From positions 1 to 64,000 of the IMG/VR virus record IMGVR_UViG_3300023184_000081: 64,000 nucleotides of DNA. One strand, written 5' to 3'. The position numbers and the translations under genes were made by a program. Positions 9,773 through 18,990 of the stretch are shown one piece after another (position 1 is the stretch's first letter; each line of letters opens with the position of its first letter). This DNA comes from a virus. The notes beneath the pieces are model-generated. The model ran no database searches. It saw nothing but the letters and a program-made list of their open reading frames with translations, and was not told where the DNA came from.

Positions 9773-10630
9773 ATGTCTATTGAAATCTCAGTATCTATCG
9801 AAGAACTTCGCAAACGAAAGATCTTTGTTGCCACACCAATGTATGGTGGAATGTGCACTGGTCAATATTGTAAATCGTCTGCTGACCTAGCCATACTCTC
9901 TTCCAAATATGGAATGGATGTTAGATTTTTCTATCTATATAACGAATCACTAATCACTCGTGCCAGAAATTATCTAGTAGATGAATTTTTGCGAAGCGAT
10001 TGCACGCATCTGATGTTTATCGATGCAGATATAGGTTTTGATCCAGACGACGTAATCGCTCTTTCTGTTATTGCAGAAACTGGAAGCGACAAAGAAATCG
10101 TTTGTGGTCCATATCCAAAGAAATGTATTTCTTGGGAAAAGATTAAGAAGGCTGTTGATCGTGGATTTGCAGATAAAGATCCACAACAATTAGAGAAATA
10201 TGTTGGAGACTATGTTTTCAATCCGACAGATGGTCAAGAGTCTATCGCTCTAAATGAACCAGTTGAAGTTCTAGAAGGCGGAACTGGATTTATGATTATT
10301 CAGCGTGGCGTATTTGAGAAATTTAGAGAGGCATATCCACATCTTTCATATAAGCCAGATCATGTTCGCACTGAGCATTTTGATGGATCGCGCGAGATTC
10401 ATGCATATTTTGATTGCGTGATTGATCCGAAAACAAAGAGATACTTGTCGGAAGATTATATGTTCTGTCAGTATGCTAGAGATGCTGGAATGAAAGTTTG
10501 GCTGTGTCCGTGGATGAAACTTGAGCATCAAGGAACATATGTGTTTGGTGGATCATTGGTAGATCTAGCTAATCTTGGAGTGACTGCCACAGCTGATGTG
10601 AGTATGCTGAAGAAAAAGAAGAAGAAGTGA
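9773..10630 (+). CDS. GT-A-fold glycosyltransferase-like protein
   Basis: ATPMYGG, SLITRARN, FIDAD (DxD), GTGFM, LSEDY.FC. Confidence 0.65.
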   Translation: MSIEISVSIEELRKRKIFVATPMYGGMCTGQYCKSSADLAILSSKYGMDVRFFYLYNESLITRARNYLVDEFLRSDCTHLMFIDADIGFDPDDVIALSVIAETGSDKEIVCGPYPKKCISWEKIKKAVDRGFADKDPQQLEKYVGDYVFNPTDGQESIALNEPVEVLEGGTGFMIIQRGVFEKFREAYPHLSYKPDHVRTEHFDGSREIHAYFDCVIDPKTKRYLSEDYMFCQYARDAGMKVWLCPWMKLEHQGTYVFGGSLVDLANLGVTATADVSMLKKKKKK

Positions 10631-10659
10631 TTGACATTTTGAATTGAGTGTAGTATAAT
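10631..10659 (+). promoter_or_regulatory. Sigma70-type promoter
   Basis: TTGACA-N17-TATAAT. Confidence 0.85.
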
Positions 10660-10683
10660 TGTATTTTAATAATGGAGTAATAA

Positions 10684-11346
10684 ATGAAACTTTCTAAGCA
10701 AACAATTGAAATTTTGAAAAACTTTTCTTCTATTAATATGTCTGTTGTATTGAAACCAGGAAGTAAAATCCGAACTGTATCTCCTCAAAAAACTATTTTG
10801 GCTCAAGCGATCGTTTCGGAAACTTTTCCTAAAGAATGTGCGATCTATGACTTGAACATATTCATCAATACATCAGCGATGTTTGAAGATCCAGATTTCA
10901 ATTTCAATGAAAACTCAGTCGAAATTAAAAATGGTCCAGCATTTGCTAGAGTTCCATATGCTAGCATCTCTACCATCGCGACTCCGCCAGAAAAAGATAT
11001 CGTTCTTCCTAGTGTAGATGTGACGTTTACAATTATGAAGGAAGTTATGGCTCAAGCGATCAAAGCTGCAGGAGTTATGTTGCTGCCAGAAGTTGCTCTG
11101 TTGGGGAAGGACGGGTCAGCATCTCTTACTGCGATTGATTCGCGTCAAGATGGCGGTGCTTTCTTTAATTATTTGGTCGGAACTTCTACGACCAATTACA
11201 ATATGATTTTTAAAGTAGAAAATTTGAAGTTACTTCCTCGCGACTATGATGTTACTGTCTCCGCCAAAGGAATTGCAAATTTCAAATCCAAGACTGGTGA
11301 TATCGAGTATTGGATTGCAACAGAGCAAGGTTCGACTGCCGTCTAA
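10684..11346 (+). CDS. gp45: Sliding clamp gp45
   Basis: MKLSKQTIEILKNFSSIN, IYDL, ENLKLLPRDYDV; 45-44-62-regA synteny. Confidence 0.95.
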   Translation: MKLSKQTIEILKNFSSINMSVVLKPGSKIRTVSPQKTILAQAIVSETFPKECAIYDLNIFINTSAMFEDPDFNFNENSVEIKNGPAFARVPYASISTIATPPEKDIVLPSVDVTFTIMKEVMAQAIKAAGVMLLPEVALLGKDGSASLTAIDSRQDGGAFFNYLVGTSTTNYNMIFKVENLKLLPRDYDVTVSAKGIANFKSKTGDIEYWIATEQGSTAV

Positions 11347-11374
11347 CAATTGCAATTTATATTATGGAGTTTAA

Positions 11375-12319
11375 ATGCTTGCTCGTGAAGAATTTTTATT
11401 TGTTGAAAAGTATCGCCCCCACAAAATATCAGATTGTATTCTACCCAATAATCTAAAAACAGTCTTTCAAAAGTTTGTTGATGATAAAGCAATTCCAAAT
11501 CTATTATTGAGTGGTGGGTCAGGAGTCGGAAAGACAACAGTTGCTCGTGCGATGTTGGACGAGATTAATGGCGATTATATTATTATCAACGGATCGATGA
11601 ATGGTAATATCGATACGCTTCGAAATGATATTCGTAATTACGCAGCAACTGTTTCTTTCACTTCTGATCGGAAGTATGTTATATTGGATGAAGCGGATTA
11701 TCTAAATGCTAATTCGACTCAACCTGCTCTTCGTAATTTCATGGAAGAGTTCTCGAGTAATTGTGGATTTATTCTGACCTGTAATTTTAAGAATAGGATT
11801 ATCGCTCCTCTGCATTCTCGATGTTCAGTTATTGATTTTAAGATAGATGCCAGCGAAAAGGCTGAACTTGCGACACAGTTCCTAAAAAGGACTTACACTA
11901 TTCTAGAAGCAGAGGGAATCGAATACGATAAGAGGGTTGTTGCTCAGCTTATCACTAAATTCTTTCCCGATTGGCGTCGTGTTCTAAATGAACTACAACG
12001 TCACGCAGCGACTGGTAAAATCGATGCCGGAATTTTAGCTCAAGTTGCAGATGTCGATTTGAAAGATATTATTAAACATCTTAAAGAGCGTGATTTTACT
12101 TCTATGCGGAAATGGGTCGCGCAGAATAATGCAATGGAAACGAATACTCTCTTTCGCAAATTATATGAATCTGCGTATGATTATCTTAAACCGGAATCTG
12201 TTCCTCAATTAGTTTTAATTCTTGGTGATTATCAATACAAGAGCGCATTCGTTGTAGATCAGGAAATAAACATCGCTGCTTGTTTAACTTCCATCATGGC
12301 TGACTGTCAGTTCAAATAG
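11375..12319 (+). CDS. gp44: Clamp loader large subunit gp44
   Basis: VEKYRP, GSGVGKT, ILDEAD, SRC, FPDWRR. Confidence 0.96.
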   Translation: MLAREEFLFVEKYRPHKISDCILPNNLKTVFQKFVDDKAIPNLLLSGGSGVGKTTVARAMLDEINGDYIIINGSMNGNIDTLRNDIRNYAATVSFTSDRKYVILDEADYLNANSTQPALRNFMEEFSSNCGFILTCNFKNRIIAPLHSRCSVIDFKIDASEKAELATQFLKRTYTILEAEGIEYDKRVVAQLITKFFPDWRRVLNELQRHAATGKIDAGILAQVADVDLKDIIKHLKERDFTSMRKWVAQNNAMETNTLFRKLYESAYDYLKPESVPQLVLILGDYQYKSAFVVDQEINIAACLTSIMADCQFK

Positions 12320-12322
12320 ATT

Positions 12323-12718
12323 ATGAGTAGTCCATTTGATTACATCAATAGCGTAAGTCATCTCAAAAAGGATATGATGCGCGGAACGGATAATGACGAG
12401 CTTTCTGAAAAAGACTACAAACCTTTTTTAGCAAATCGCTCGTTATCGTTCCATGCAGATTCAATTCTGTATGCAAACGAAATGAATCGTATGGGTCATC
12501 TAGACAATCTATTACAATATGACTTCTATATGAAAAGCCTTCGAAGTCGCAAAAGATTTAGTAAGTGGTTAAAGCCAGAAGAATCTAAGAAATTAGACAT
12601 AATTCAAGAAGTTTATAAATGTAATCTTAGAAAAGCGATAGATATTTCAAAGATTCTGACGGATGAACAGTTTGAAGTTGTGAAAGACTATATCTATACT
12701 GGAGGAACGAAAAAGTAG
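12323..12718 (+). CDS. gp62: Clamp loader small subunit gp62
   Basis: YKPFLANRSLS, ANEMN, RKRFSKW; synteny. Confidence 0.92.
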   Translation: MSSPFDYINSVSHLKKDMMRGTDNDELSEKDYKPFLANRSLSFHADSILYANEMNRMGHLDNLLQYDFYMKSLRSRKRFSKWLKPEESKKLDIIQEVYKCNLRKAIDISKILTDEQFEVVKDYIYTGGTKK

Positions 12719-12759
12719 ATTATTATAAATACTAGATATATGTATCAAAGGTGCTTGTA

Positions 12760-13164
12760 ATGAATATAATAATCGATAATATGATTGAAGTTCTATTAGA
12801 ATCACCCGACGATTTTCTAAAGATTCGGGAGACTCTAACACGTATTGGTGTGGCTTCTAAAAAAGATAAAAAAATATTTCAATCTTGTCACATTCTACAT
12901 AAACAAAATAGATATTTCATTGTTCACTTCAAAGAGCTCTTTGCTTTAGACGGAAAGCCTACGAATTTTTCTGAGGATGATGTTGCACGTAGAAATACGA
13001 TCAGCAATCTTCTTGCAGAGTGGAATTTGTATAAACTTATCAATCCAGAAAAGACAAAAAGCCCAGTCGCTCCGATATCACAGATAAAGATTATTGCATA
13101 TAAAGAAAAGTCTGAATGGATATTAGAGCAAAAATATAATATAGGAAAAAAACGATCTAGTTGA
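12760..13164 (+). CDS. regA: Translational repressor RegA
   Basis: DDFLKIRETLTRIG, QSCHILHK, VHFKELF; TATAAATA at 12724-12731 upstream. Confidence 0.95.
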   Translation: MNIIIDNMIEVLLESPDDFLKIRETLTRIGVASKKDKKIFQSCHILHKQNRYFIVHFKELFALDGKPTNFSEDDVARRNTISNLLAEWNLYKLINPEKTKSPVAPISQIKIIAYKEKSEWILEQKYNIGKKRSS

Positions 13165-13172
13165 AACTGCGT

Positions 13173-13266
13173 TATAAATAAATTTAGAGGTAATCAGTCG
13201 ATTATCTTTGAATGAACTGCCTTCGGGGGTTCAATTTTAATCTTGCTTGAATTTAAGGAGAATTGT
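13173..13266 (+). promoter_or_regulatory. Late promoter plus structured 5' UTR with ROSE-like RNA thermometer
   Basis: TATAAATA, two hairpins, then TCTTGCTT pairing with the AAGGAGA RBS of hsp20. Confidence 0.6.
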
Positions 13267-13740
13267 ATGACACTATTAGACCTACACAAATTTGATCCGT
13301 TTTCTATTGGCTATGATAAGATGTTTGATCGATTTGATCAATTCAATGCTGCCCGCAGCGTCGCCACTGGCGGATATCCTCCATATAATATCAAAAAAAC
13401 AGAAAAGAATTCATACGTCTTAGAATTAGCTATCGCGGGTTTTTCTAAACCTGATATCGATATCGAATTAAATGACGGTTGTCTGACTATTTCTGGATCA
13501 ACCAAACCCGAAGAATCTAAAGCTGAGTTTCTCCATAAGGGAATTGCTGATCGATCCTTCAAACGAAAATTTGAATTGGCTGACAGTGTTGAGATTAAAA
13601 GTGCAGATCTGATTAACGGTATGCTCAAAATTTCATTAGAGTATGTAATAGCTGATAATAAGAAGCCAAAAAAGATTGAGATTAACGCATCTGAAAATCC
13701 GACTGTTCGTGGTCAAGAATTTTTGGTGGAGGTTAAATGA
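13267..13740 (+). CDS. Small heat shock protein Hsp20 (IbpA-like)
   Basis: YPPYNI, LAIAGF, FLHKGIA.RSF.R.F.L, NGML; RBS AAGGAG before ATG 13267. Confidence 0.93.
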   Translation: MTLLDLHKFDPFSIGYDKMFDRFDQFNAARSVATGGYPPYNIKKTEKNSYVLELAIAGFSKPDIDIELNDGCLTISGSTKPEESKAEFLHKGIADRSFKRKFELADSVEIKSADLINGMLKISLEYVIADNKKPKKIEINASENPTVRGQEFLVEVK

Positions 13741-13843
13741 TGGATAAACTTATGAATATTCTTTATTGTATGAGCTCTTATCTAAAGGAAGTCAGACAAC
13801 TTAGAGCCATGGCTAGAAAACGAACATAAGTAATGTGTAAGAA

Positions 13844-13870
13844 GAGAAGGGGGCGTAAGCCCCTTTCTTT
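13844..13870 (+). terminator. Terminator hairpin
   Basis: AGAAGGGGGC-gtaa-GCCCCTTTCTTT; abuts late promoter TATAAATA at 13870-13877. Confidence 0.75.
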
Positions 13871-13903
13871 ATAAATAGAAAACATTATAAGGAGATATTT
13901 TCT

Positions 13904-14524
13904 ATGTCATTCGTATTTACAAAAAATCATCTTGAAGAAATTCTTCCAGGTGCCTCATATTTAGATGAATGGTATTCCGCCTTATCCAAATTACTTCCAG
14001 AATATGATATAACAACTCCAGAAAGAGTTGCAGCTTTTATGGCTCAATGTGCTCATGAAAGTGGTGGATTTAAATCCCTCAAAGAGAATTTAAATTATAA
14101 AGCGGAAAGTCTTTGTAAAGTATTTCCTAAATATTTTCCTAATATTGAATTAGCAAATCAATATGCCCATCAACAAGAAAAGATAGCAAATAAAGTTTAT
14201 GGAAGTCGTATGGGTAACGGTGACGAAGCCAGCGGTGATGGATATCGTTATTGTGGTCGAGGATTGATTCAATTAACAGGCAAAGATAATTATACCGCAT
14301 TTTCAGAAAGTATCGAAACTCCTGTAGAAGAATTACCAGAATATCTTTCTACGTTTGAGGGAGCAGTTCAATCAGCTTGTTGGTTTTGGGAAACAAATAA
14401 TTTAAATCAGTATGCTGATAGTGGTGACATTTTAACAATGACAAAACGTATTAACGGTGGAACCATAGGACTTGAGGATAGAAAAAAACATTATGAGCAC
14501 GCTCTACATGTCCTAAGTGCTTGA
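13904..14524 (+). CDS. Glycoside hydrolase family 19 endolysin
   Basis: AFMAQCAHES, ENLNY, GRGLIQLTG..NY, TKRINGG. Confidence 0.93.
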   Translation: MSFVFTKNHLEEILPGASYLDEWYSALSKLLPEYDITTPERVAAFMAQCAHESGGFKSLKENLNYKAESLCKVFPKYFPNIELANQYAHQQEKIANKVYGSRMGNGDEASGDGYRYCGRGLIQLTGKDNYTAFSESIETPVEELPEYLSTFEGAVQSACWFWETNNLNQYADSGDILTMTKRINGGTIGLEDRKKHYEHALHVLSA

Positions 14525-15068
14525 TATGGAAACAAGTCGATTAAGTCGTTCAGAAAGAGAAGCGTTAATTAAAGATAAGGCAGGATGGGTTATTACAATC
14601 CTTGCTGCTCTATTGGCTATTAATACCTATATGGGCGGTGGAAACAGTTCAAAGGTATTAAATAATACCATCGATGCTAATAATACATGGGCGTTCTATC
14701 AAGCGAAATCTATCAAAGGCACATTGGCTGAAATGGCTTTAGATGATGCTGTTCGTGTCAATGATAAAAAGAAAATTGAATTCCTTGAAAAGAAAATTTC
14801 TCGCTATGAGTCTGATCCAGAAACTGGAGAAGGCAAAAAAGAACTGATGGAAAAAGCTAAGAAGTTAGAGTCTGAAAGAGCAGTTGCGAAGGCACGAGGG
14901 CCATGGTATACATTCGGAGGATCTCTATTACAAATCGCAATTGTGCTTCTGACTGCTTCTATTCTAGCAGTTAGTAATAGATTATATAATTCAAGTCTTG
15001 TAGTTGGCGTATTTGCAGCCATACTTATGTCGCAAGCAATTTGGTTATGGATTCCACTAATACTATAA
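14517..15068 (+). CDS. Membrane protein (DUF4337-like)
   Basis: N- and C-terminal TM segments, WAFYQAKSIK motif. Confidence 0.7.
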   Translation: MLDMETSRLSRSEREALIKDKAGWVITILAALLAINTYMGGGNSSKVLNNTIDANNTWAFYQAKSIKGTLAEMALDDAVRVNDKKKIEFLEKKISRYESDPETGEGKKELMEKAKKLESERAVAKARGPWYTFGGSLLQIAIVLLTASILAVSNRLYNSSLVVGVFAAILMSQAIWLWIPLIL

Positions 15069-15088
15069 CTCTATAATAAAGGAACCAA

Positions 15089-15580
15089 ATGAACAGAAAG
15101 ATCGCGTCAGCGGTGCTTTTTGTCATGACTACATCAATTTCGTTGGCACAGCCAATCGTAACTGACTCGACGAGCAGAAGCGCAACAGATTCTAACTCGA
15201 ATAGCACCACAAAAGTAATTTCTCCTCCACCAACAGCGGTGGCTCCATCAATAACAAGCATCAATAATGATCTGTGTGCCGTTGGCGTTTCCGGCGCGGC
15301 ACAAACTCAGATCCTTGGTATTGCGATCGGTTCAACGTTCGTAGATAAGAATTGTGAGCGATTGAAACTTTCCAAAACGCTCTATGATATGGGCATGAAA
15401 GTCGCGGCAGTTTCCACTCTTTGCCAAGACGAACGTGTCTTCACTGCAATGATGAACGCGGGAACGCCATGTCCGGTTGATGGTAAAATTGGCGAACAGG
15501 CAAAAACAATCTGGGAAGCTGATAAGGAACTTCCAGAAAGAGAACGTCGCGCACCGCAAAAGATTAAAAGTAGAGAGTAA
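15089..15580 (+). CDS. Secreted Cys-containing hypothetical protein
   Basis: Signal peptide, PPPTAVAPS, D.NCERLKL, AGTPCP. Confidence 0.75.
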   Translation: MNRKIASAVLFVMTTSISLAQPIVTDSTSRSATDSNSNSTTKVISPPPTAVAPSITSINNDLCAVGVSGAAQTQILGIAIGSTFVDKNCERLKLSKTLYDMGMKVAAVSTLCQDERVFTAMMNAGTPCPVDGKIGEQAKTIWEADKELPERERRAPQKIKSRE

Positions 15581-17424
15581 TGCCGCGTTTTATATTGACC
15601 TTTGGTGTTGTATTATTTTGCGTGGCCATGTATACCATATGTGCCCATGCTCAAATAATATCAATACCAATACCCGGAAGCCCATTATCATTGACGGTAA
15701 TGGCTAATCCTCAGCCATTACAGGATTTGAGACTTAATCCGGCAGCAACAAATATTACAATGGGCGATGATAGTAATGTTAATGTTCCTCTGCAATTTAC
15801 ATTTCCGTTTTATGGAAGAAACTTCACAAACTCATGGATGTATTCAAACGGTGCTGTAAATTTTAGAGGAGCAAATGCACCTGGTGGTTTCTGTTGCTCT
15901 GGATTACCTCTAACAACGTCGTTGAATAGTGGATATAATTATTCTATTCTACCACTGTGGGCGGATCTGATTGCCCTTCCAGAAAAAAATGGGGCACACT
16001 ATAAACTTGGCACATCCAACACAATGACCTATGGTTGGTATAACGTCAGCGAATACGGCGTTCCAAATAATCTTAGCAGTTTTGAGGTTAAGATTGACAG
16101 CACTGGATTGATAGATATGCGTTTCAGCGGAGCTTTAGTTACGTATCATCCGGTTACTATCGGAACAATTGGAGATGCATCAAGAGGTGAGTTTACGCAA
16201 AATTACTACAACTCTTCGGGTATCAATATGGCGTCTCCGTTTCAGTTGAGCACCGGTGCCGTGGATATATGTATAGTTAATCCGACATCTAGTCCTGCAT
16301 GTCCAGGATATCAAATTGCTATGTGCGCTATTAATGAATTATTTACTCCATCATGTCCTGGATATCAGCAAGCATATCTCACTCAACAGTGCGGAATAAA
16401 TTCATTATATGATACTGCATGTCCAGGATACGCAGCCACTTATTTACAATATCAATGTTCTTTAAGTCCACTATATTCTTCAACGTGTGAAGGTTACGCA
16501 GCTGCATATAAGACACAGCAATGCGATCTGGACGGATTATACGCAAGAGATTGTCCGAATTATGCGGAAGCCTATGCTAGAAGATATGTTCTAAATATTT
16601 CCCCAACTACGTCTTATCAAGCTGGGCCAGCGGCGGGTGGTGACCAGTCATCGTATAATAGTCAGAACTCAAATTCCGGACCAGCAACGATGGGCTATAG
16701 TGGTCCTGGTGCAACAAACGTCACAACAACCCAACCAGTAACTTCGATTAGTAATACTGGACAAGTTTCTACTGGAGTTAATTTGACGAGCAATAGCACA
16801 GTTAACGCGATTATCTCCGCGCCACCAATGACTGGTCCAATGGCAACAAATACCAACAATCCTGTTGCTTCCGCTATTGCTCCGGTTCAAACACAAATGG
16901 CTGATGGACCAATGGCAACGTCCGCGCCAGCGCAAAGACCAGCAGAATCGTCACCAGAGCAAAGATCATCTACTGCATCTAACGACGGACCAGCAACTGA
17001 TAGTTCTACACCTGCTCCAAGGCAATCTTCTACATCGGCTCAAGCAAGTCCTGCGCCGCAGCAGAGTAATACTCAAAGTGCTCCGGCACCAACTGCTCGC
17101 CAAGAACTTCAAGCCAAACGAGAACAGGCTGCAAAGGCACAAGCAGTTGAAGCCGGAAAGAACTTGGCAAATGAGATGGGCAAGGCAGCGTCAATGGAAC
17201 AACAGATCTCCGTGCAAAATGTAGTTCTTCAAGCAATGGGTTATAGTCCAGGATTCGCTGGGTATACAAAGGGATATATCCCCGACGTTGCAGGATATAA
17301 ATCGCACACAGCATATGCCAATCAAAAGAATGTGGACAACGCAAGACTAAGTCGTGGTTTATTTGGTGCCACTGATAGATTACATAATGATATGATCGAA
17401 TCACAATATCAATTAGAAAAATAA
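15580..17424 (+). CDS. Secreted protein with nidogen(NIDO)-like domain, five Cys-pair repeats and low-complexity linker
   Basis: Signal peptide; GDD…F.FPFYG…SNG…PLWADL (NIDO-like); CxxxxxxxxxCxxY repeats; S/T/P/A/Q-rich linker. Confidence 0.7.
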   Translation: MPRFILTFGVVLFCVAMYTICAHAQIISIPIPGSPLSLTVMANPQPLQDLRLNPAATNITMGDDSNVNVPLQFTFPFYGRNFTNSWMYSNGAVNFRGANAPGGFCCSGLPLTTSLNSGYNYSILPLWADLIALPEKNGAHYKLGTSNTMTYGWYNVSEYGVPNNLSSFEVKIDSTGLIDMRFSGALVTYHPVTIGTIGDASRGEFTQNYYNSSGINMASPFQLSTGAVDICIVNPTSSPACPGYQIAMCAINELFTPSCPGYQQAYLTQQCGINSLYDTACPGYAATYLQYQCSLSPLYSSTCEGYAAAYKTQQCDLDGLYARDCPNYAEAYARRYVLNISPTTSYQAGPAAGGDQSSYNSQNSNSGPATMGYSGPGATNVTTTQPVTSISNTGQVSTGVNLTSNSTVNAIISAPPMTGPMATNTNNPVASAIAPVQTQMADGPMATSAPAQRPAESSPEQRSSTASNDGPATDSSTPAPRQSSTSAQASPAPQQSNTQSAPAPTARQELQAKREQAAKAQAVEAGKNLANEMGKAASMEQQISVQNVVLQAMGYSPGFAGYTKGYIPDVAGYKSHTAYANQKNVDNARLSRGLFGATDRLHNDMIESQYQLEK

Positions 17425-17435
17425 AGGAATTATAA

Positions 17436-18032
17436 ATGGCAGAAGAAATCAAAGACGTCAATGCAAAGATTGACGATCTAGAGGCAGCGGCAAAGAAATA
17501 CGCAAGTAAAGATACAGTCATTAGCATTGGCGGATATGCATTCACTCCGGCAAAATTGATGGTAGCCTTTACTCTTATATCTTCTATCCTTGGTGGTCTT
17601 TATGGCACATTTGAGGTATACAAAGATTATCAGGGCATGAAGAAAAAGATCGCTGAATATGTTTCACCTGATTTAGCTGAACTATATAAGAAAATAGAAG
17701 TGCTGGATGCTAATACTAGCAAGATGACTGAATACACCAATAACATTAAGAACGATCTGAAGTCGGACGTTCGTAGATTAGAAACTGTAGTCGAGAGTGT
17801 TGAAAGAACTACCAAAACAGATCAACGTATGACCGATACTACTGTGAAAGAAATTAAACGAGACGCAGATAATACTTTGAAAGAAATTAAGCGTGATGTT
17901 GATACTACGCTGAAAGAAGTTAATCGTGAAATCGTGAAGAATCAAAAAGAAACAGCCGCTGATATTCGCACAGTAAGAAGTGAAGTTGACGCCAAGATTA
18001 AAAAAGCATTGGATAATCCTCTAAGCAATTAA
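17436..18032 (+). CDS. Single-TM coiled-coil protein
   Basis: One TM near N-terminus, 11-aa T(L/V)KE(I/V)(K/N)R(D/E) repeats, ends LDNPL. Confidence 0.7.
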   Translation: MAEEIKDVNAKIDDLEAAAKKYASKDTVISIGGYAFTPAKLMVAFTLISSILGGLYGTFEVYKDYQGMKKKIAEYVSPDLAELYKKIEVLDANTSKMTEYTNNIKNDLKSDVRRLETVVESVERTTKTDQRMTDTTVKEIKRDADNTLKEIKRDVDTTLKEVNREIVKNQKETAADIRTVRSEVDAKIKKALDNPLSN

Positions 18033-18067
18033 TCAAACTAAATAGAATATAACTAGAAAGAAATAAC

Positions 18068-18424
18068 ATGGAAGAAAAGAAACAAGAAGATTGGATGCAA
18101 AAAAAATGGAGACCTGCTATGGGCTGGACTTATATGGTTATTTGTTTATTGGATATGGCAGTGTTTCCAGTTATTTGGAGCTTGGCTCAAGTCTTAACTA
18201 AGCAACCTCTTTCGCAATGGATGCCGCTTACATTACAGGGTGCTGGATTATTTCACATTGCAATGGGTGCAGTATTAGGTATTGCAGCGTTTGGTAGAAC
18301 TCAAGAAAAAGTAGCTGGTGCCGCAAATAATATTGAACCTGCAAAACCTACAGCGGCACCAATTGGATTTGTATCAACAACTGCTACAAAGAAACCGGTT
18401 CCCGCTGAGGATCAATCACTTTAA
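18068..18424 (+). CDS. Putative holin (3TM-holin-like)
   Basis: KWRPAMGW…, two TM segments, LG..AFGRTQEK; downstream of endolysin. Confidence 0.7.
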   Translation: MEEKKQEDWMQKKWRPAMGWTYMVICLLDMAVFPVIWSLAQVLTKQPLSQWMPLTLQGAGLFHIAMGAVLGIAAFGRTQEKVAGAANNIEPAKPTAAPIGFVSTTATKKPVPAEDQSL

Positions 18425-18433
18425 GGATCTAAT

Positions 18434-18622
18434 ATGAAGTCACTAATTTTGATTGGAACGCTACTATTCTTTGGATTGAATAGTAGTGTGTATGCTGCTG
18501 AAAGTAAGAAAGTTTGTAAAAATGTAACTGCAAAAGGTAAGACGACTGAAAAATGTAGAACGGTGAAAATTCACAAAAAACTTGATGGCAAAAAGATTCC
18601 GGAAAAGGCGAAGAAAAAATAA
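18434..18622 (+). CDS. Small secreted basic protein
   Basis: Signal peptide, two Cys, Lys-rich tail. Confidence 0.6.
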   Translation: MKSLILIGTLLFFGLNSSVYAAESKKVCKNVTAKGKTTEKCRTVKIHKKLDGKKIPEKAKKK

Positions 18623-18933
18623 TGGATAATATATTGATTATACGATTAATTAGTGGTGAAGAAGTTATTGCGAATATGTCACTGTTAGAATCAAGCGTCA
18701 CCTTAAAAGCACCCGCATCTATAATTATTCAATCTGGACGAGATGGGCGACCATCTATGGGATTGGCTGACTATTTGATGTTTGCAGATAATAAAGAAAT
18801 TAGAATTTCAACAGAACATATTCTATTTTCATACGAGCCGAATGCAGATATCAGAAATGCGTATAATTCGGCATTTGGTTCTGGAATAGTTGTAGCAAAA
18901 ACTACAGGAAATATTATTCCTTTTTCAAAATAA
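18622..18933 (+). CDS. Sm-like-fold hypothetical protein of T4-like phages
   Basis: RLISGEEVI start, Y…FGSGIV end; directly upstream of gp43. Confidence 0.65.
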   Translation: MDNILIIRLISGEEVIANMSLLESSVTLKAPASIIIQSGRDGRPSMGLADYLMFADNKEIRISTEHILFSYEPNADIRNAYNSAFGSGIVVAKTTGNIIPFSK

Positions 18934-18936
18934 GCC

Positions 18937-18965
18937 TTTACATTTAGTTGTATATGAAGTATAAT
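18937..18965 (+). promoter_or_regulatory. Sigma70-type promoter
   Basis: TTTACA-N17-TATAAT. Confidence 0.75.
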
Positions 18966-18990
18966 ACTATATTGACTTATTGGAAATACT

